The notes: generated by a model not told the origin, from the letters alone. A stretch of 64,000 nucleotides of DNA from Camelus dromedarius (GCF_036321535.1 NC_087436.1:98272001-98336000), one strand, 5' to 3'; shown: positions 24,765 to 38,300, numbered from the stretch's first letter. A program made the numbers and translations.

Positions 24765-25340
24765 CATGGTCTAGATCTCACCATTCCTCTGCTAAAAAAA
24801 CTGCAGTAGTATCTAACCTCACACAGAATAAAAGTTAAATCCCATACAGTGGCCTAAAATTCTTTTAAAATATACACTTTCCTTCACTCTTTTGTCTGAG
24901 CTCATCTAAATCACTTTTCCTGTTACTCTGATCAAACTAATGTTCTTGATATTCCTCAAATACACCAAAAGCATACGTCTGCAGGAGACCTTTGCATTTC
25001 AGATTTCTACACTTGGAATGCTCTTCCCCCAGACAGCCGCATGACTCTCATCTTCATCTTTTAGGCTTCTGCACACATGTTTTATTTTTATCAATCCAGC
25101 TTTCCTTGACAACCCTATTTAAAATAGTAATGACCAAACCAGTAATATTTATTCCTATTATATGCTTTATTTTTCCTCCAGAAAACTTATCAAAATTTAA
25201 AATATTATATATGTTACTTATTTTATGATTGTTTCTTCATAATATAATTTAGGCTCATTTAAGATAGGATTTTTTTTTCCTCTCTAGATCACTGCTCTCT
25301 CTTCCACATCAGGAATAGTGATATATAGCCAATAATTTAT
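24765..25340 (+). mobile_element. L2 3' region
   Basis: GATCTCACCATTCCTCTGCTAAAA, CCTTTGCATTT..CTACACTTGGAATGCTCTTCCCCCAGA, CTTTCCTTGACAACCCTATTTAAAATAG. Confidence 0.8.
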
Positions 25341-25654
25341 TTTTTTTTTTTGACAAAGGAAAGAAAGAAAAGACGGCAGGAAACAATAAATAAGGAAAGG
25401 AAAAAGAAAAGTGGGAAGTGAGGAAGGGGAGAAGAAAAATAGAGGGAATGCAGGATCTAGCGAAGGAAGAAATAAAGGATAGACATTGAAATTGCAAATA
25501 TGGAGATAGAAAAATACGTATTTTGAGATTTGAGGCTTACTACCCTTGGATCTAAATTTTCCAATTGCTGATTGTAAATGTATTTAAAACTTTCACGGGC
25601 TTCTATCCTATGCTTTCAACTAGAAGTGAATATGAGGTCAAATGAGCAGTGTTG

Positions 25655-26060
25655 TTGATCCTATTTGATTGGGTTCCTTGGAAACAGACTCTGAAATAAA
25701 GTTTTCATGCAGATGGTTTGCTGAAGAGAGACACAGAAGATAAACTTGTACAAAACTGAGGAAGGAACCATTGGATAGAGGCTATTTATCAATGCAGTGC
25801 AACTGAAGCCTCAGCCAATCTCAACATAAGTTCAAGGCCCATGAGGCTGATTCTATGCATTTCCTATCCAAATATTGACCACATGTTAACTCTGGGAGGG
25901 GAAATAACCTTGGGTTAGGCAATTAAGTATCTCCCTGAGGATGAGGGCAACTGTGAGTGGCTGTTATAATTTATCAGCAGCTGATAATTCCTTTGTCTAG
26001 GAGATAGATGTGTCAACCCTGCCAGGGATATTTGGGCAGAACAACACAATACCCATTGTG
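25655..26060 (-). mobile_element. Old MaLR LTR (MLT1H-K-like)
   Basis: GATTGGGTTCCTTGGAAACAGACTCTGA..., GCAGTGCAACTGAAGCCTCAGCCAATC and a terminus GGATATTTGGGCAG...CCATTG typical of old MLT1 LTRs. Confidence 0.65.
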
Positions 26061-26063
26061 TGT

Positions 26064-29000
26064 TTTTTTCCTAGCTTTATTAAGATATAATTGACATGTA
26101 GAATTGTATAAGTTTAAGTTTCACAGTGTGACTATTCCATGCACATGTATATTGCAAAATGATTACTACAATAAGGTTAAATAAATATCTTTCAACTAAC
26201 AAAATTACCATTCTGCTTTTGTTATAGTAAGAATATTCAATATTTACTCTCTTGGCAATTTTCAAGAATGCAATATAATATTGTTAATTATAATCACCAT
26301 TTGCTACATTAGATCCCCAGAATTCACTCATCTGAAGTGGGAAGTTTGTACTCTTTGATCAGCATCTTTCCATTCCCCTGCTCCCACCCCTACAACCATT
26401 AGCAACCACCATTCTACTCGATTTCCTTTCTTTATTTTTCAGAGCATTCACTGTTAATGTATAGAAACACAGCTACTTTTTGCTTCTTGATTTTAAGTCT
26501 TGAAACTTCACTGAATTTGTTGATTAGTTCTAAAGGTTTTTTGGTGGAGTCTTTAGAATTTTTTATGTCCATTATCATATCAACTGTAAACTTCCTTCTT
26601 TCTAATTTGTATACCTGTTATACAAATTATTTGTATTTCTTCTTGACTAATTGCTCTGGCTAGGACTTCCAGCACTATGTTGAATAGAAGTGGTGAGAGA
26701 GGGTACCCTTGTCTTACTCCTGATCTTAGAGGAAAAGCTTTTCAATCTTTCACTGTTGAGTCTGATGCTAGCTATTCATTTGTCATATATGGCTTTTATT
26801 ATGTTGAGGTACATTTCTTTTATACTTGATTTTTTTAGAATTTTTATTATAAATGAATGTCATTTTTTTCCAAAATCTTTTTGTGTCCATTAAAAGAATA
26901 ATATACTTTACATCTTTCAGTCTCTCAGTATGGTATATATAACATCGATTTGCGTATCTTGAACAATCCCTGCATCCCAAGGATAAATCCCACTTGGTTA
27001 TGCTGAATAATCCTTCTAATGAGCTGTTGAATTCATTTTGCTAGGATTTTATCGAGAATGTTTATTGTATTTATCAGGGGTATTGGCCTGTAGTCTTCTT
27101 TTCTTGTAGTGTTCTTATCTGGCTTTGATATCAGGGTAATGCTAGCCTCGTAAATGAGTTTGGTAGTGTTCTCTCCTCTTCAATGTTTAAGAAGAATTGG
27201 CTCTAATTCTTCTTTCAGTGTTTGATAGAATTCAACAGTGAAACCACCTTGCCTTGGGCTTTTCCTTGTTGTGAGGTTATTGATTGCTGATACAACCTCC
27301 TTCCTTACTCAGTATTGATCTGTTCAGATTTTCTATTTTTTTATGACTCTGCCTTGATAGTTTGTATGTTTCTAGTAATTTTTCTGTTTCCCCTAGGTTA
27401 TCAAATTTGTTAGCCTATAACTTTTCATATAGTCTCATGATTCTATTTTATTTCCATGGTATTGGTAGTAATGGTGCCATTTTTCATTTCTGATTTTATT
27501 TTGGGGGGCCTTTTCTCTTCTTTTCCTAGTTTAGCTAAGTATTTGTCAGTTTTGTTTATCTTTTTTTTTTTCCATAGCTCTTAGTTTAGTTGATCTTTTA
27601 TTTCTTTTTCCTGCTCTGATTGGAGAATTTCAAATGATGTATCTTCAAGTTCTCTGATTCCTTCTTCTGCCTGGCCAAATGCACTGTTGAAGATCTCTAT
27701 TGAATTTTTCATTGGGATTGTATACTTCTGCTGTAGAGGGTTTTTGTTTGTTTGTTTGTTTGTTTGTTTGTTTCCTTAAATGGTTTCTACTTCTTGTTAA
27801 ACTTCTCATTCTATTCATGTACTGTTCTCCTGATTTAATTGAATTGTTTTTCTTTGTCTTATAGCTCACTGAGCTTCTGTAAAATAGTTATTTTGAATTC
27901 TTATTGGACAAATCACACATTTCCATGTCTTTTTGGTTTGTTATTGGAATATTATTATGTTCTTTTGGTGGTGCCATGTTTTCTTGTTTTTTTTTATATG
28001 TTCCTTTAAGTCTTGAATTATTGTTTTTGCATTTGAAGTAGGGTCACCTCCTCCAGTCTTTACTGACTGGATTTTGGGATAAATGTATTCCTTCAGCTCT
28101 GCTAGGGTTTCTGAGGCTTGTTCAGATCTTCCCTATGGGTGCGCCTACTCCTCATATTTTGCTTCCTTTTGTGGCAGAATTCCTAAGCTTATATGCCTTC
28201 CCTGGATTCTGCCAAACCAGGCTGAATACCAGCAGCCTCCCTTTTGCTTTCCCTAGAGTGGTGCTGGATATACAAGTTTATGGTTTCTCCCACACCCATA
28301 GAATTTGGCTCTCTGTGTGTGCTCACTAGCCATCCGCAGTGGCTCACTCTTGCCACCATCAGGGGTATGCACAAGGAATCAGATGCTGGGTGGGATGTGT
28401 GTGTGGGTAAGGTGATTAGAACACCAGTATTGCCTGTGGGACTGTTGTGGGGATCCACAGATAAGTCATTCCCAGCAGTTCATCGGCAGGCTTCTTGATA
28501 GAATCTGAGATGCATTTAGCTGGATTCATGTCCCTTTAATGTCCTACAGAAGTCCTTTCTGCTGCTCTCCCAGATAGTCCCTGCCCCATAGTCAGGAAGC
28601 ATACCTCAGTATTCTGGATGGAGCAGGATAAAACTGAGTCTCGTCAGCAGCATACAACAAAGCTCAGCAAGCCAGATGCTAACTTGCATGCTCTTACATT
28701 TCCCCCTCTGGAGAAATCACAAGTTGAAAAGGCTTTTCTTGGCATTGGGCTGTCCTGTCTTAAGCAAGGGGTGATATGAACCTGCTCCTCTCACCTTATT
28801 CAATGCATCTAATCTTGGATTTTTTGCTCCAAAACTGTACTGCAACTTCTCCACTGGATTCCTGGACTTCCACAAAGGCCTTCTTGTCCACTGGTTACCG
28901 CCAACATCACTTTTCTTCATGGGCTCCTGGATTGTGATAAGAGGGGCTGAAGCTGTTTCATGGGCTGTAGACTTTAAAGTCTACAAGTAGGACTGAGATT

Positions 29001-29356
29001 TGTATACCTATTACCTGATATATAGGTAAGGCATGATTCCTCTTGGGTACTTTGGTATTTGTTGCTGGTGACAGAATCAAAGCCAGACTGGGCTGTAGGG
29101 AAGTCCTCAGGTATATGGAGCTGTTTCTGGGTGTGTAGCCTGGGCTACAGTCACAAGTAGACACCTGAGTGTGGGCTTGCTTTCTCAAAACAGCTTTCCT
29201 CAGACTTGGACTTCTCCAAGGTTTCACAGTCTCCTACCTAGATCCCAAAGCTCCCACAAAGGCACTTCTGTCTGTGTATAAATGCAAAATTATGCTGTTG
29301 AGGGGAGATACATGTGAAGGAAGTCTTAGCTGGCTGTCTTGCTGATGTCCATCCCC
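26064..29356 (-). mobile_element. LINE-1 (L1MA-like) with both termini and two large internal deletions
   Basis: 3'UTR at 26064-~26417, ORF2 RT-region piece at ~26418-27595, ORF1 N-terminal part at ~27596-28040, GC-richer 5'UTR to 29356. Degenerate flanking direct repeat CCATTGTGTGTTTT / CCATTGCATTGTGTTTT. Confidence 0.85.
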
Positions 29357-29407
29357 ATTGCATTGTGTTTTACTGTTTGTACCTCTCTGGAGTCTCATTC
29401 TTTGGAA

Positions 29408-29570
29408 CAGTGGTGGTTCTCAAATACGTGAACCATCTGAGATGCATATTAAAAATACATATTTAGGGACCCAGAGAAGTTGAGTAAATCAGAAGTTCTT
29501 GGAATCAAGATAAAAAACCACATTTCTAATTGGCATCAAGTAATACTGACCTAGATGGCAAGTAGTTTCC
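29408..29570. mobile_element. MER5A-like hAT-Charlie MITE
   Basis: Starts CAGTGGTGGTTCTCAAA, with internal TTAAAAATACATATT..GGGACCC..AATCAGAA motifs. Confidence 0.55.
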
Positions 29571-29859
29571 GTGGTAAGGAAGACTCCACTCACATTTCCA
29601 CTGTAAACTCAAAGAAGGCAAATTTTATCTTATTAATCTTGTTTCTCCATTTTCTGATACATAATGATAATTATAATACATTAATAAACATTTCTTTTTA
29701 ATGAAAAATTGTGTATCAATGGTAATATATCAGTCAATATTAATTGGCAAAAACATTTTATTATTGGTACAGACATAATTTTACTGTGAAGCTCATTTCT
29801 TTCTTCCAGAAGTAGAATTGTAGCTTATTTTATTTTTATAAGTAGACTACATTACTGCA

Positions 29860-30412
29860 TTGCTTAGAAGCAACTAAGATGTCTTTCAGTAGGTGAATGG
29901 TTAAATAAATTCTGGTGATCCAGACAATGGGATATTATTCAGTGCTGAAAATAAATGAGCTGTCAACCCATAAAGAGACTTTAAGGAATCTTAAATGCAC
30001 ATTACTAAGTGAAAGAAGCCAATCTTAAAAGGCTACACACAATATGAGTTCAACTATATGACATTTTGGAAAAGGCAAAACTGTGGGCAATAAACAATAA
30101 AAGGACCGGTGGTTGCCAGCAGGTGGGGGTAGAGGGATGCTATAGTGATGGCTACATGCCAGTATACATTTGTCTGAATCCATAGAAGACATAACACCAA
30201 GAGTGAACACGAATGTAAACTGTGGACTTTGGGTGATTATCATGTGTCAGTGTATGTTCATCGGGTGCAACAAATGTGGCCATCTGGAGGGGGATGTTGA
30301 TTAACTGGGGAGGCATGTCTTGGGGCAGGGAGATAGATGAGCCCTTTTCCTCCCTTTCAGTTTTGCTGTGAGCCTAAAACTCTAAAAAATAAAATTTATT
30401 AAAAGTAAATAA
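29860..30412 (+). mobile_element. L1MC-like 3' end
   Basis: AAGCAACTAAGATGTCTTTCAGTAGGTGAATGG, CTAAGTGAAAGAAGCCAATCT, TTTTGCTGTGAGCCTAAAACTCTAAAAAATAAA and an A-rich tail. Confidence 0.88.
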
Positions 30413-30722
30413 AGTGTAGATAGTGTTGGGGGCAATAAGAGATTTCCATTCACTCAGAGACCTGACCTGGGGAGAGGAGACATAATTTATGTTATATATA
30501 GTTGTGATTTTTAAAATTTAGTTTTGTATTAGAAATGTATTTACTAAATGGTGACTCTATTAGCTCTAAACGTTGCCTTCAATGGTGTATGCTATCTAAA
30601 AATAAGTCAAATAGGCAGAGGGCCTGCCATATTTTCATGCCAGGGCAGGGGCAGTTAACCCCCACTGAGTAAATTTTATAAAGATTCTGAGACCAGAGTA
30701 AAGCTGTATTTTTCATTTTAAA

Positions 30723-31007
30723 ACGTCACCCTGACCAATGTTTTCCCCACACCCAGGCCTTCTGCAAAAGCAGTAAATCTCACAGGTTCCAACTGGTTAT
30801 TAGATGTAATCATGTGAGTGAGGAGGGGAAACGGCAGTAAGCTTTGTGGATGTCGCTTCTTCTAACTGCTTGCTCAGTTATCTTACTGGCAGATGTTTGT
30901 GCAAGATGGATAGCTAACGTAAAATAGTTTTGGAAAAAAAAAAGATGTGTTTTCATTTGGTGTATATGTGTGTTTTTTCTTGCTGAAGCAGTTTACAGCT
31001 GCAGCTG
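30723..31007. promoter_or_regulatory. Candidate promoter/enhancer motif cluster
   Basis: ACGTCA 30723-30728, CCAAT 30735-30739, CCCCACACCC 30745-30754, TCATGTGA 30810-30817, TTATCT-N6-CAGATG 30878-30895 and tandem CAGCTG 30996-31007. Motif evidence only. Confidence 0.4.
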
Positions 31008-31717
31008 GTTAACATTAGAGATGAGTAGATCCTTTGAAAGGCCAAAAGGGCCCTACGGGCATATTTCTATTCTAGGTCTGGATTCCAGAAGCAACTAATA
31101 GACAACACTAGGGACAAACTCAGAAGTTGTACTCCCAACCTGAGTTGAAGATAATGCATATTTATATTTTGTCTTGGGAAACCTGTTAAAATGCCTGAAA
31201 TCAGTCTCACTGACACTATTGAATTTGTTTTTTCTTCCATTTCACCCTCTCTCTCTGTATATATGTATATCCCATCTTAAGATTAATACTAAGCATTATC
31301 TTTTAATTTATACCAGACAATTTGAAATAAGTTAGGACAATGCTGAGAATGCCAAAAATTCTTGAAATTTCTTCTTATTCAGTAAATAATTATTAGTTCT
31401 TAATTATTGACTCAGTAGGACAAAAGGCTTAAAAAGTAGAAAAATAAAAATAAAAATGAGATCGTCTGTGACTTTTGTAACCAAAACCAAGTCTGTCATA
31501 CCATTGTCTTCAAACTTACGGTTCTTTTTTTGAGAACTACTACTGCAAAGTTTTTGCTACATTTTCTTCTTTTTTTAAGTGTATTTCTTGACAACATCAC
31601 ATAGCTATTACAATAACTTCAATCCTCACCTGTGGCTTCAGTCTATATTTTGAGACCCAAGCTTTATTTCAGTTGCACATTAAGTTATTCATTTGCTCAA
31701 CAAACATTTATTTATCA

Positions 31718-31742
31718 CTATATATATACATATATGTATATG

Positions 31743-31790
<48 letters not shown>

Positions 31791-31792
31791 AA
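31718..31792. repeat. (TATATG)n/(TA)n/(CA)n microsatellite
   Basis: Directly visible. Confidence 0.95.
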
Positions 31793-31912
31793 CATATTAG
31801 ATAGAAATGTTGTTTGCTCTCATGTACCTTACATTATAAAGGAAAATATAAAAATAATAATACATGTGTATATATACTCATTAAATATTTATATAACTTA
31901 TTTTATAAGATG

Positions 31913-32358
31913 TGTTATGGACTGAATATTTGTGTTCCCCTCACCCCAAAATTCATATTTTGAATCCCTAACCCCAATATGATTATTTTGGAGATGAGTC
32001 CCTTGAGAGGTAATTAAGATTTGATGAGATTATGAAGGTGGAGACTTCATGATGGGATTAATGCTCTCAAAAGAAAACTCAGAGAGCTAACTAGCTCTTT
32101 CTGGCTCTGACTCCCTCTCTCTCCTCCTCCTGCTCTCTCTCAATCTCCCATATACACACACAAAGGAGAGGTCATATAAGCACATAGAGAGAAGGAGACA
32201 GTCTGCAAGTCAGGAAGCTCCCACTGGGGACTAAATAGGCCAGCCCCTTGATGTCGGGCTTCCCAGCCTTTAGAAGTGTGACATGACAAATAAGTTCTTT
32301 GCTTAAGATAACCAGTCTATGGTATTTTGTTATGGCAGCGCAAGCTGATTTATATACA
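31913..32358 (+). mobile_element. MaLR solo LTR (MLT1A/B-like)
   Basis: Starts TGTTATGGACTGAATATTTGTGTTCCCC..AAAATTCATA and ends CCAGTCTATGGTATTTTGTTATGGCAGCGCAAGCTGATTTATATACA. Confidence 0.9.
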
Positions 32359-32399
32359 TATTTTTTTTCATAATGATAACTGTGATGATAGTTATGAGA

Positions 32400-33560
32400 A
32401 GAAATGCAGAATACTGATAGCATTTACCAATGAGACTTAACCTAATTTAGGGAGTTTAAGAAAGTTTCCCTAGCACTTCCCTGAAGAATTAATATGTATT
32501 CCTGGCCTATAATATGAGCAAAAGTAATCCAGATAAAGAAATTACAGCTAATTTACTTAGATATGTGTGGTTTAATTATTAAAGTATCATGATCATAACT
32601 GTTTGTAAAAGGTCATCTTAGCTTCATTTTGAAGAATGAATTATAGAAGATCAAAACTAGACCATGGAGCATAGAGGCCAGGTGAGAGATGATTATGGCT
32701 TTCTCAACAGTGGTCATAGAGATAATAGATTTTATTAGGTGAATTTCAGATATGATTGGAGTTAGAGATAAAATTAATTGCCAGTGGATTGATAGGGGGG
32801 TAAAAGAATTATCCCAAATTAAATATACATTTTTGGTGTGAGAAACTATAATTGCTCATTGTGGAGTTTTCAAAGGGGAAGACAGTTTTCAGACTGCGAG
32901 GGGTACAGATTTTGGGAAGTAATCGATAAGCCTTTTGGGCCCATGTTCAGTTTGAATTGCCTACTACACATCGAAGACAAGCTATCAAGTGAGCATTGAA
33001 TGTACATATCCGGAATTTTGTAGAAAAGTCAGTGCTGAAGATTCAGAACAGAATCACAGATTATAGTTGTTTAAGATCTAAGCGCCTGACCGCATGCTAG
33101 TTGGAGAGCATGGATGCAGTGATAGGAGAAAGCCCAAGATGCATCCACAGCTTTAAGCAGGAGAGAGGGAGGAGCTAACAGAAAAGAAGGGAGAGGATTC
33201 GTCAGCGAGGTGGGAAAATTCACACAGTGCAGGGTAAAAGAAAGCGAACAAAAGGGTAAAGTGATCAATTTTTCTAAATACATCTGAGTTTAAAAATATG
33301 AAAAGATAACTAATCATTGAGTTTAGAAAGCTGGAAATAAGGAACAACATTGAAAAGGAAAACCTCAATGGAATTGGAGAGAAAAACAGCAGAAAATTGT
33401 CAAAAAGAAAGTTGTTATATTGAGACAAGAGAAGAAATTGTTTAGAAACAATAGTGAGACACAAGAAAAGAATGTACCCAAACCCATGGCCCCAAATACA
33501 GGAGTGAAACAGGAAAAAAAGAAATACAGATTTCACATGAAATGGCTTTAAGGCAATCAG
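32400..33560 (-). mobile_element. L2 fragment (antisense)
   Basis: Purine-rich L2-like motifs (GAGGCCAGGTGAGAGATGAT, CATGTTCAGTTTGAATTGCCT). Boundaries approximate. Confidence 0.6.
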
Positions 33561-34375
33561 TTACTAGAAGGAAACTAACAATGAATTTACAGTAAGAAGT
33601 AAAGATGGAAGGAACATTTAAAAAATGAATATATGGACTGATTTGTTGGTTAAGAAAATAATTTTAGAAGAGGGAAAGTGTGAGAATTTGTATCAGATTA
33701 TCGGATGTGCCAGTGAGGGTCTGGACTGTGTCTCGTTACTAAGGTAAACAGATGAGTTATTACAGGGATCTCTGGAAATACATGCCATATGTAAGGAAAG
33801 TATTCTACGGAATTCACAAATAGAGATATTTATGTTATATTTAAAATTACACTTAACTCTTTTATGAGACCTTCCACAAGTCTTTTCAGGCTGGGTTTTA
33901 TTCTTGTCTTGTATGTTTGTATGTTGCTATATGCGTATCTATATTCTATTCATTGTTTCATTTTCTAGTTTTCTGTTCATGTGTCTCTCTCTCCCACTAC
34001 ATCTTTAAGAGGAGAGCTTGTGTATTATATTTCTTTGGATTCTAGGTACATGAAATGGTGTTTATGAAATGCATACAAAGCACTAGAAATGTATTGGTGG
34101 CATTCCTTGACTTCAGACATCAAGAAGGGGACAAATACTCATGTGTCATCCAGGCAGCATCATAATGAGATTTTCTTTGTCAGTTTCTTAATATGTAATG
34201 TGAAATATAAAATTTTAATTTCCAAGATGATGAGTCTTTTTTTCCCCCCTTTTAGGGTTGAGTTGGAAGTACAGCTTTATCAAAGAGATTAATTCAGTCT
34301 CATGAGAAGAATCACCTTACAGTTTCTCTAGTCTTTATCCCTTTATGCCTGAAAAATAAACAACAAAAAAAAAAT

Positions 34376-34870
34376 TGTATGCAGAGAAACTGAAAACCAT
34401 CTAAGTGTTTCAGAGAAAATTTAACCCAGGGAATTGGTTACATGGATTATTAAAGACTGAAGGAACACGATTTATGAGAAAGTAAGTAGAGATTAGAAAC
34501 AACAGGAAGCACTACCACTCCTAAGACTGGGAAATACATAAAAGAAGAGATATTATGACAGCCCTGAGATTGGTGCTCTATTGCAAGGGCTAAACCTCAT
34601 CAGGAACTGAGTGAGATATAGAAGAAAGGACTATTTTGTAGCAAAGAGAATAATGGAAAGAAAGAGCTAATGCCAGTGAGGCCACTGGAAACAAAGAGAG
34701 CTTAGAAATAATCTCACTTTGTTCCTACACTTGACCTATATTCTTCCAATTTCTACTATTTGCCCAAAGGCAAACACTTGGACGATTTTGTTCCTACAAC
34801 ACTAAGCAAAACAAGAAGAGGAACTGATAGGAATGCATCCAAGAGGAAATAGACCAATTACTGGCATACA
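34376..34870 (-). mobile_element. Probable very old MaLR LTR (MLT1K-N-like)
   Basis: GCAGAGAAACTGAAAACCATCTAAGTGTTTCAGAG..ATTTAACCCAGGGAATTGGTTACA start and ...CTGGCATACA end. Confidence 0.5.
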
Positions 34871-35789
34871 TTCTTAGATAACACATACTCAAAGATAAAT
34901 CTCTCAAAAATATCTTACTAAATAATAAAAGATGATGACAAAACATTTACAATTGTATTATTACTCTGGAACAACTTTGCTGAAACTGTAAATGCTTGGA
35001 CTCATTTAGAAATATTGTCCATTTATTCATAAATTCGTATCAGTACAGAAAAAATCTATGACTAAATCTTTATTCCCTCATTTGCTTCACCCATTAGGAA
35101 AAAAATCCATTATTATCTGATTTAGAAAGAATGGTATTAAGATGGTAGAGCTCACTGACTTTTGAAAGCATGGGAAGAAATTGAGCAGTATTTCTCGCCT
35201 CAGATCAGTGTCTTATGCCATTTTTAGTTTGAAATTACCCTTTTGATTCTGCTACAGGAAAATGGTATTAGGCAATTTAAGTAATAGCAATCAAAATTAA
35301 TGATTATGTTTTCATTAAATTCAAATGCCCTGGAAGTATTGTCATTGAAATCATTTTCCACCTTCCAAAAGGAACACTTTTTATTTTCAATGCTTTTTCT
35401 TAGTTAGTTTCTTACGTAATGACATAGAAGAAATCAAAATAACTCCAGTATATTCAACCACTAATTTCCTAATTGGAGATTGAGTTTCGGTTCATTTTTC
35501 TTCCATAAGAGGATACATCTGTTTAATAAAAGAGAAGAGGGGAATATCTTCATCACAGATACTTCTGATTAATGTTGTTAATAATAGCGAATATTTTCCA
35601 TGTAAATTCAGTAGGACTTTTGGAAAGTCAGATGCTATTTTTCTGTTACTGAACAAATAATAAATCAGTCTGGAAAGGGAAGTGACGGAAACCATATCCA
35701 CTACTAAATTAAAATGTACCTTAGCATTCAGCACTTTCTTGCGCTTACCTAATAAAAGTTTTACAGGCAAAGACAAAGTGAGCCAGGGA

Positions 35790-36310
35790 GCGGGGAGCTA
35801 CAGGTAGGTAGTCCAGACAGTAGAAATAACCCTGTGCAAGAGCCCAGAGGTATAAAAAAACATGTCATCTCATGAGCCAGCAAATGATTCTATGTAGGAA
35901 AAATGTTGATTACCAAGGGAAATGTGACAGAATATAGAGCCAGAGCATTAATAAGGAAAATCCATGTCATGAAAGGATTGGAATTTGACACATTTTCTTA
36001 AGAGTGATGGAATTTTATTGACTTTTTGGGAGGGCGAGACATGATCACATTTTCATTTTCTAACAGTCTTTTCTTAGTATTGAAAATACATTGATAGGGA
36101 CATCGCATTAAACTGAAAGGAAAGAGAGAACAATTCAAATGTCGCAGTTATCCTTGAAAGTGATAGTGGTTCCTGAGCTGCTTAGAGGTGAGAGGGATTA
36201 GAGAGAATTGGGGTGATTTAAAATCTGTAAAGTAAAAAGCAATGAAAAGTCATTGATTAGATGAGACATATGAATGAGAAGGACACTAAAACAAAACCAT
36301 GGTTAAAGCC
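35790..36310 (-). mobile_element. L2 fragment (antisense)
   Basis: CCAGACAGTAGAAATAACCCTGTGCAAGAGCCCAGAGGT, GACATGATCACATTTTCATTTT. Confidence 0.6.
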
Positions 36311-36329
36311 TAGACTCTTTCTGTTCTGT

Positions 36330-37915
36330 GTTTATTCTTTTGCAGCTTTGCATAGTTGGAGGGAAAATACCCAACCACATGGAATGGATCTCTGCTAACT
36401 ATGTGTATGGTTTTTGGTACTTTTTGGCTCTCAAATTATATTCTGGTAATTCACTTACTCTCTCACTATCGAGACTCACTAGTTCACGCCTTTTCCTCTG
36501 TGGTTGGTCACTCCATAATTCCCTCCACACTCATCCTCGCTTTGTACTTCACTAGGATAAGTGGAAGCAATTCCATAGACTCCCATCATCATATCTGCAC
36601 ATCTACCTGCACAGATATCTGCAGACACTTTCTTTGTTCCTAGTCATGCATAATTTTCTCTCAAACACACTCACTTATTTGGACATTAGGTCCCGTATCT
36701 TGGACTCATAATATATTTACCTTATTCTTCTTCTCTCAACAACTTAATGTCAGAGCAGTAACTCTAAGATGATGCAGTCAAATTTCATGGCTTTAAATAC
36801 CATCTATATATTGATAACCCCCAATATTGTTTTTTCTCTTGTAGAGTCTTATATCCTGATATTCCACCACTCTTGACATTTCCACTTGGATAATTAATGT
36901 ATCTCAGATTTACCATGGCCATGGCAGATTTGCTCTTCCTCCCCCTAAAACATGCCTACCAATAATCTTTCTTCAACTGATTGACAACAAGTCAGTCTTT
37001 CCACTTGTTTAGAGAAAACATTTTGAAGGCATTCTTGATTTTCTTTCTTTTATATTCTTTGTTGGATGTATTACAAGTCTTATTTGTTTAACATTCTAAA
37101 TGCACCCAAAATACTGTTATTTACCACCCTGTATTACTACCAGTCTGGCTCCAGCCACTATCATTTCACCCTTGGATTAGTACAAATAGCCTTCTAATAG
37201 ATTCCTCTGCTTCCATGCTTGGACTCCTACAGTTTATTCTTTATTCTTCAGCAGAGTAAGTGGATCATGTCACTTTTCTGGCCACCTTCTTATAATTGCT
37301 CTCCATCAAAATATCATACAGCAAATGCAATGTCAGAGTCCTTGAAATGGTCTACAGGGTCCTTCTGTAGCTCCCTTATTACCTCTAGGGGATTAATTCT
37401 CCGTTACCTTTAACTTCGTCATCTACTTCTCATTAATTGCTTATTTATCTCCAGCTACACCAGTTTCCCCCTTACAATTAAAATATGCTAAGAGTAGTCC
37501 CATCTTAGTTTTGTTTTTTGGTTTTTGTTTGTTTGTTTCTTCCTGGATATATCCTCTGAGGGGATCACTCAATCCCTAGTTATTCACTTGGCTAATTTTA
37601 GCTCTTCCTCCAAATCTTGGCTTAAATGCTATCTTCCCACTTAGCTCTATCCCTGACTACCCTATTTAATGTTATAAGTTTTCCTCCAACCTCGACCACT
37701 TTAAATCTCCTTTAGCCTATTATTGTCTGTTTTTTTGTAAAATACTATTTACTTACAATATTTACTGGTAATTTTTATCTTACATCTGTATTAAAAGCTT
37801 AATAGGGCAAAGATCTATGCTGCTTTTTCATTGATGTCTTCTAAGTAACAAAAACAAAATCTGGAGCATGGTTGGTGATAAATAGATCTTTATTAAATTA
37901 AAGAATGCATGCATG
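36330..37915 (+). mobile_element. L2 fragment (sense) including the 3' end
   Basis: CATGGCTTTAAATACCATCTATAT, TTGACATTTCCACTTGGAT, CCAGCCACTATCATTTCACCCTTGGATTA, terminus ATAAATAGATCTTTATTAAATTAAAGAATGCATG. Confidence 0.8.
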
Positions 37916-38159
37916 AAGTTTATTACTTTTGTCCTAATTTTCCTAAGAGCATTTCTATTTGAGGTGAAAACTTCTTTTCTTCTTTTTCTTTCTTTCTTTT
38001 TTTTTTTTCCTGCAGCATCTCTCCTTGAGGTCTTAGAGACCATTAGACAGTTAACTGTCTGAATAAGACAGAGTCCAGGGTATAAAGAAAAATACCTTAA
38101 AAATATCAATAAAACAAATGTTATCCAGCAGGTATTTGTTTATTTGTTTCTGATTTAGT

Positions 38160-38300
38160 CCTTAGAACCATCTAGAGGTTGTGTTAATACCCACATTTTA
38201 TATAGGAAGAATAGATATTCAGAAAAATTAACATACCCAAGGTCACACAACCAGAAAGTCACACAACTCCTGTTTAAGCAGTAATTTCAACTTTATTCCC
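38160..38300 (-). mobile_element. MIR fragment
   Basis: CCCACATTTTATATAGGAAGAA..CAGAAAAATTAA..CCCAAGGTCACACAACCAG, the reverse MIR core. Confidence 0.7.

Noticed and set aside
33153..33536. 127-aa hydrophobic, membrane-protein-like ORF
   Set aside because: The Phe/Leu/Ser richness reflects the T-rich strand of a decayed L2-like region.
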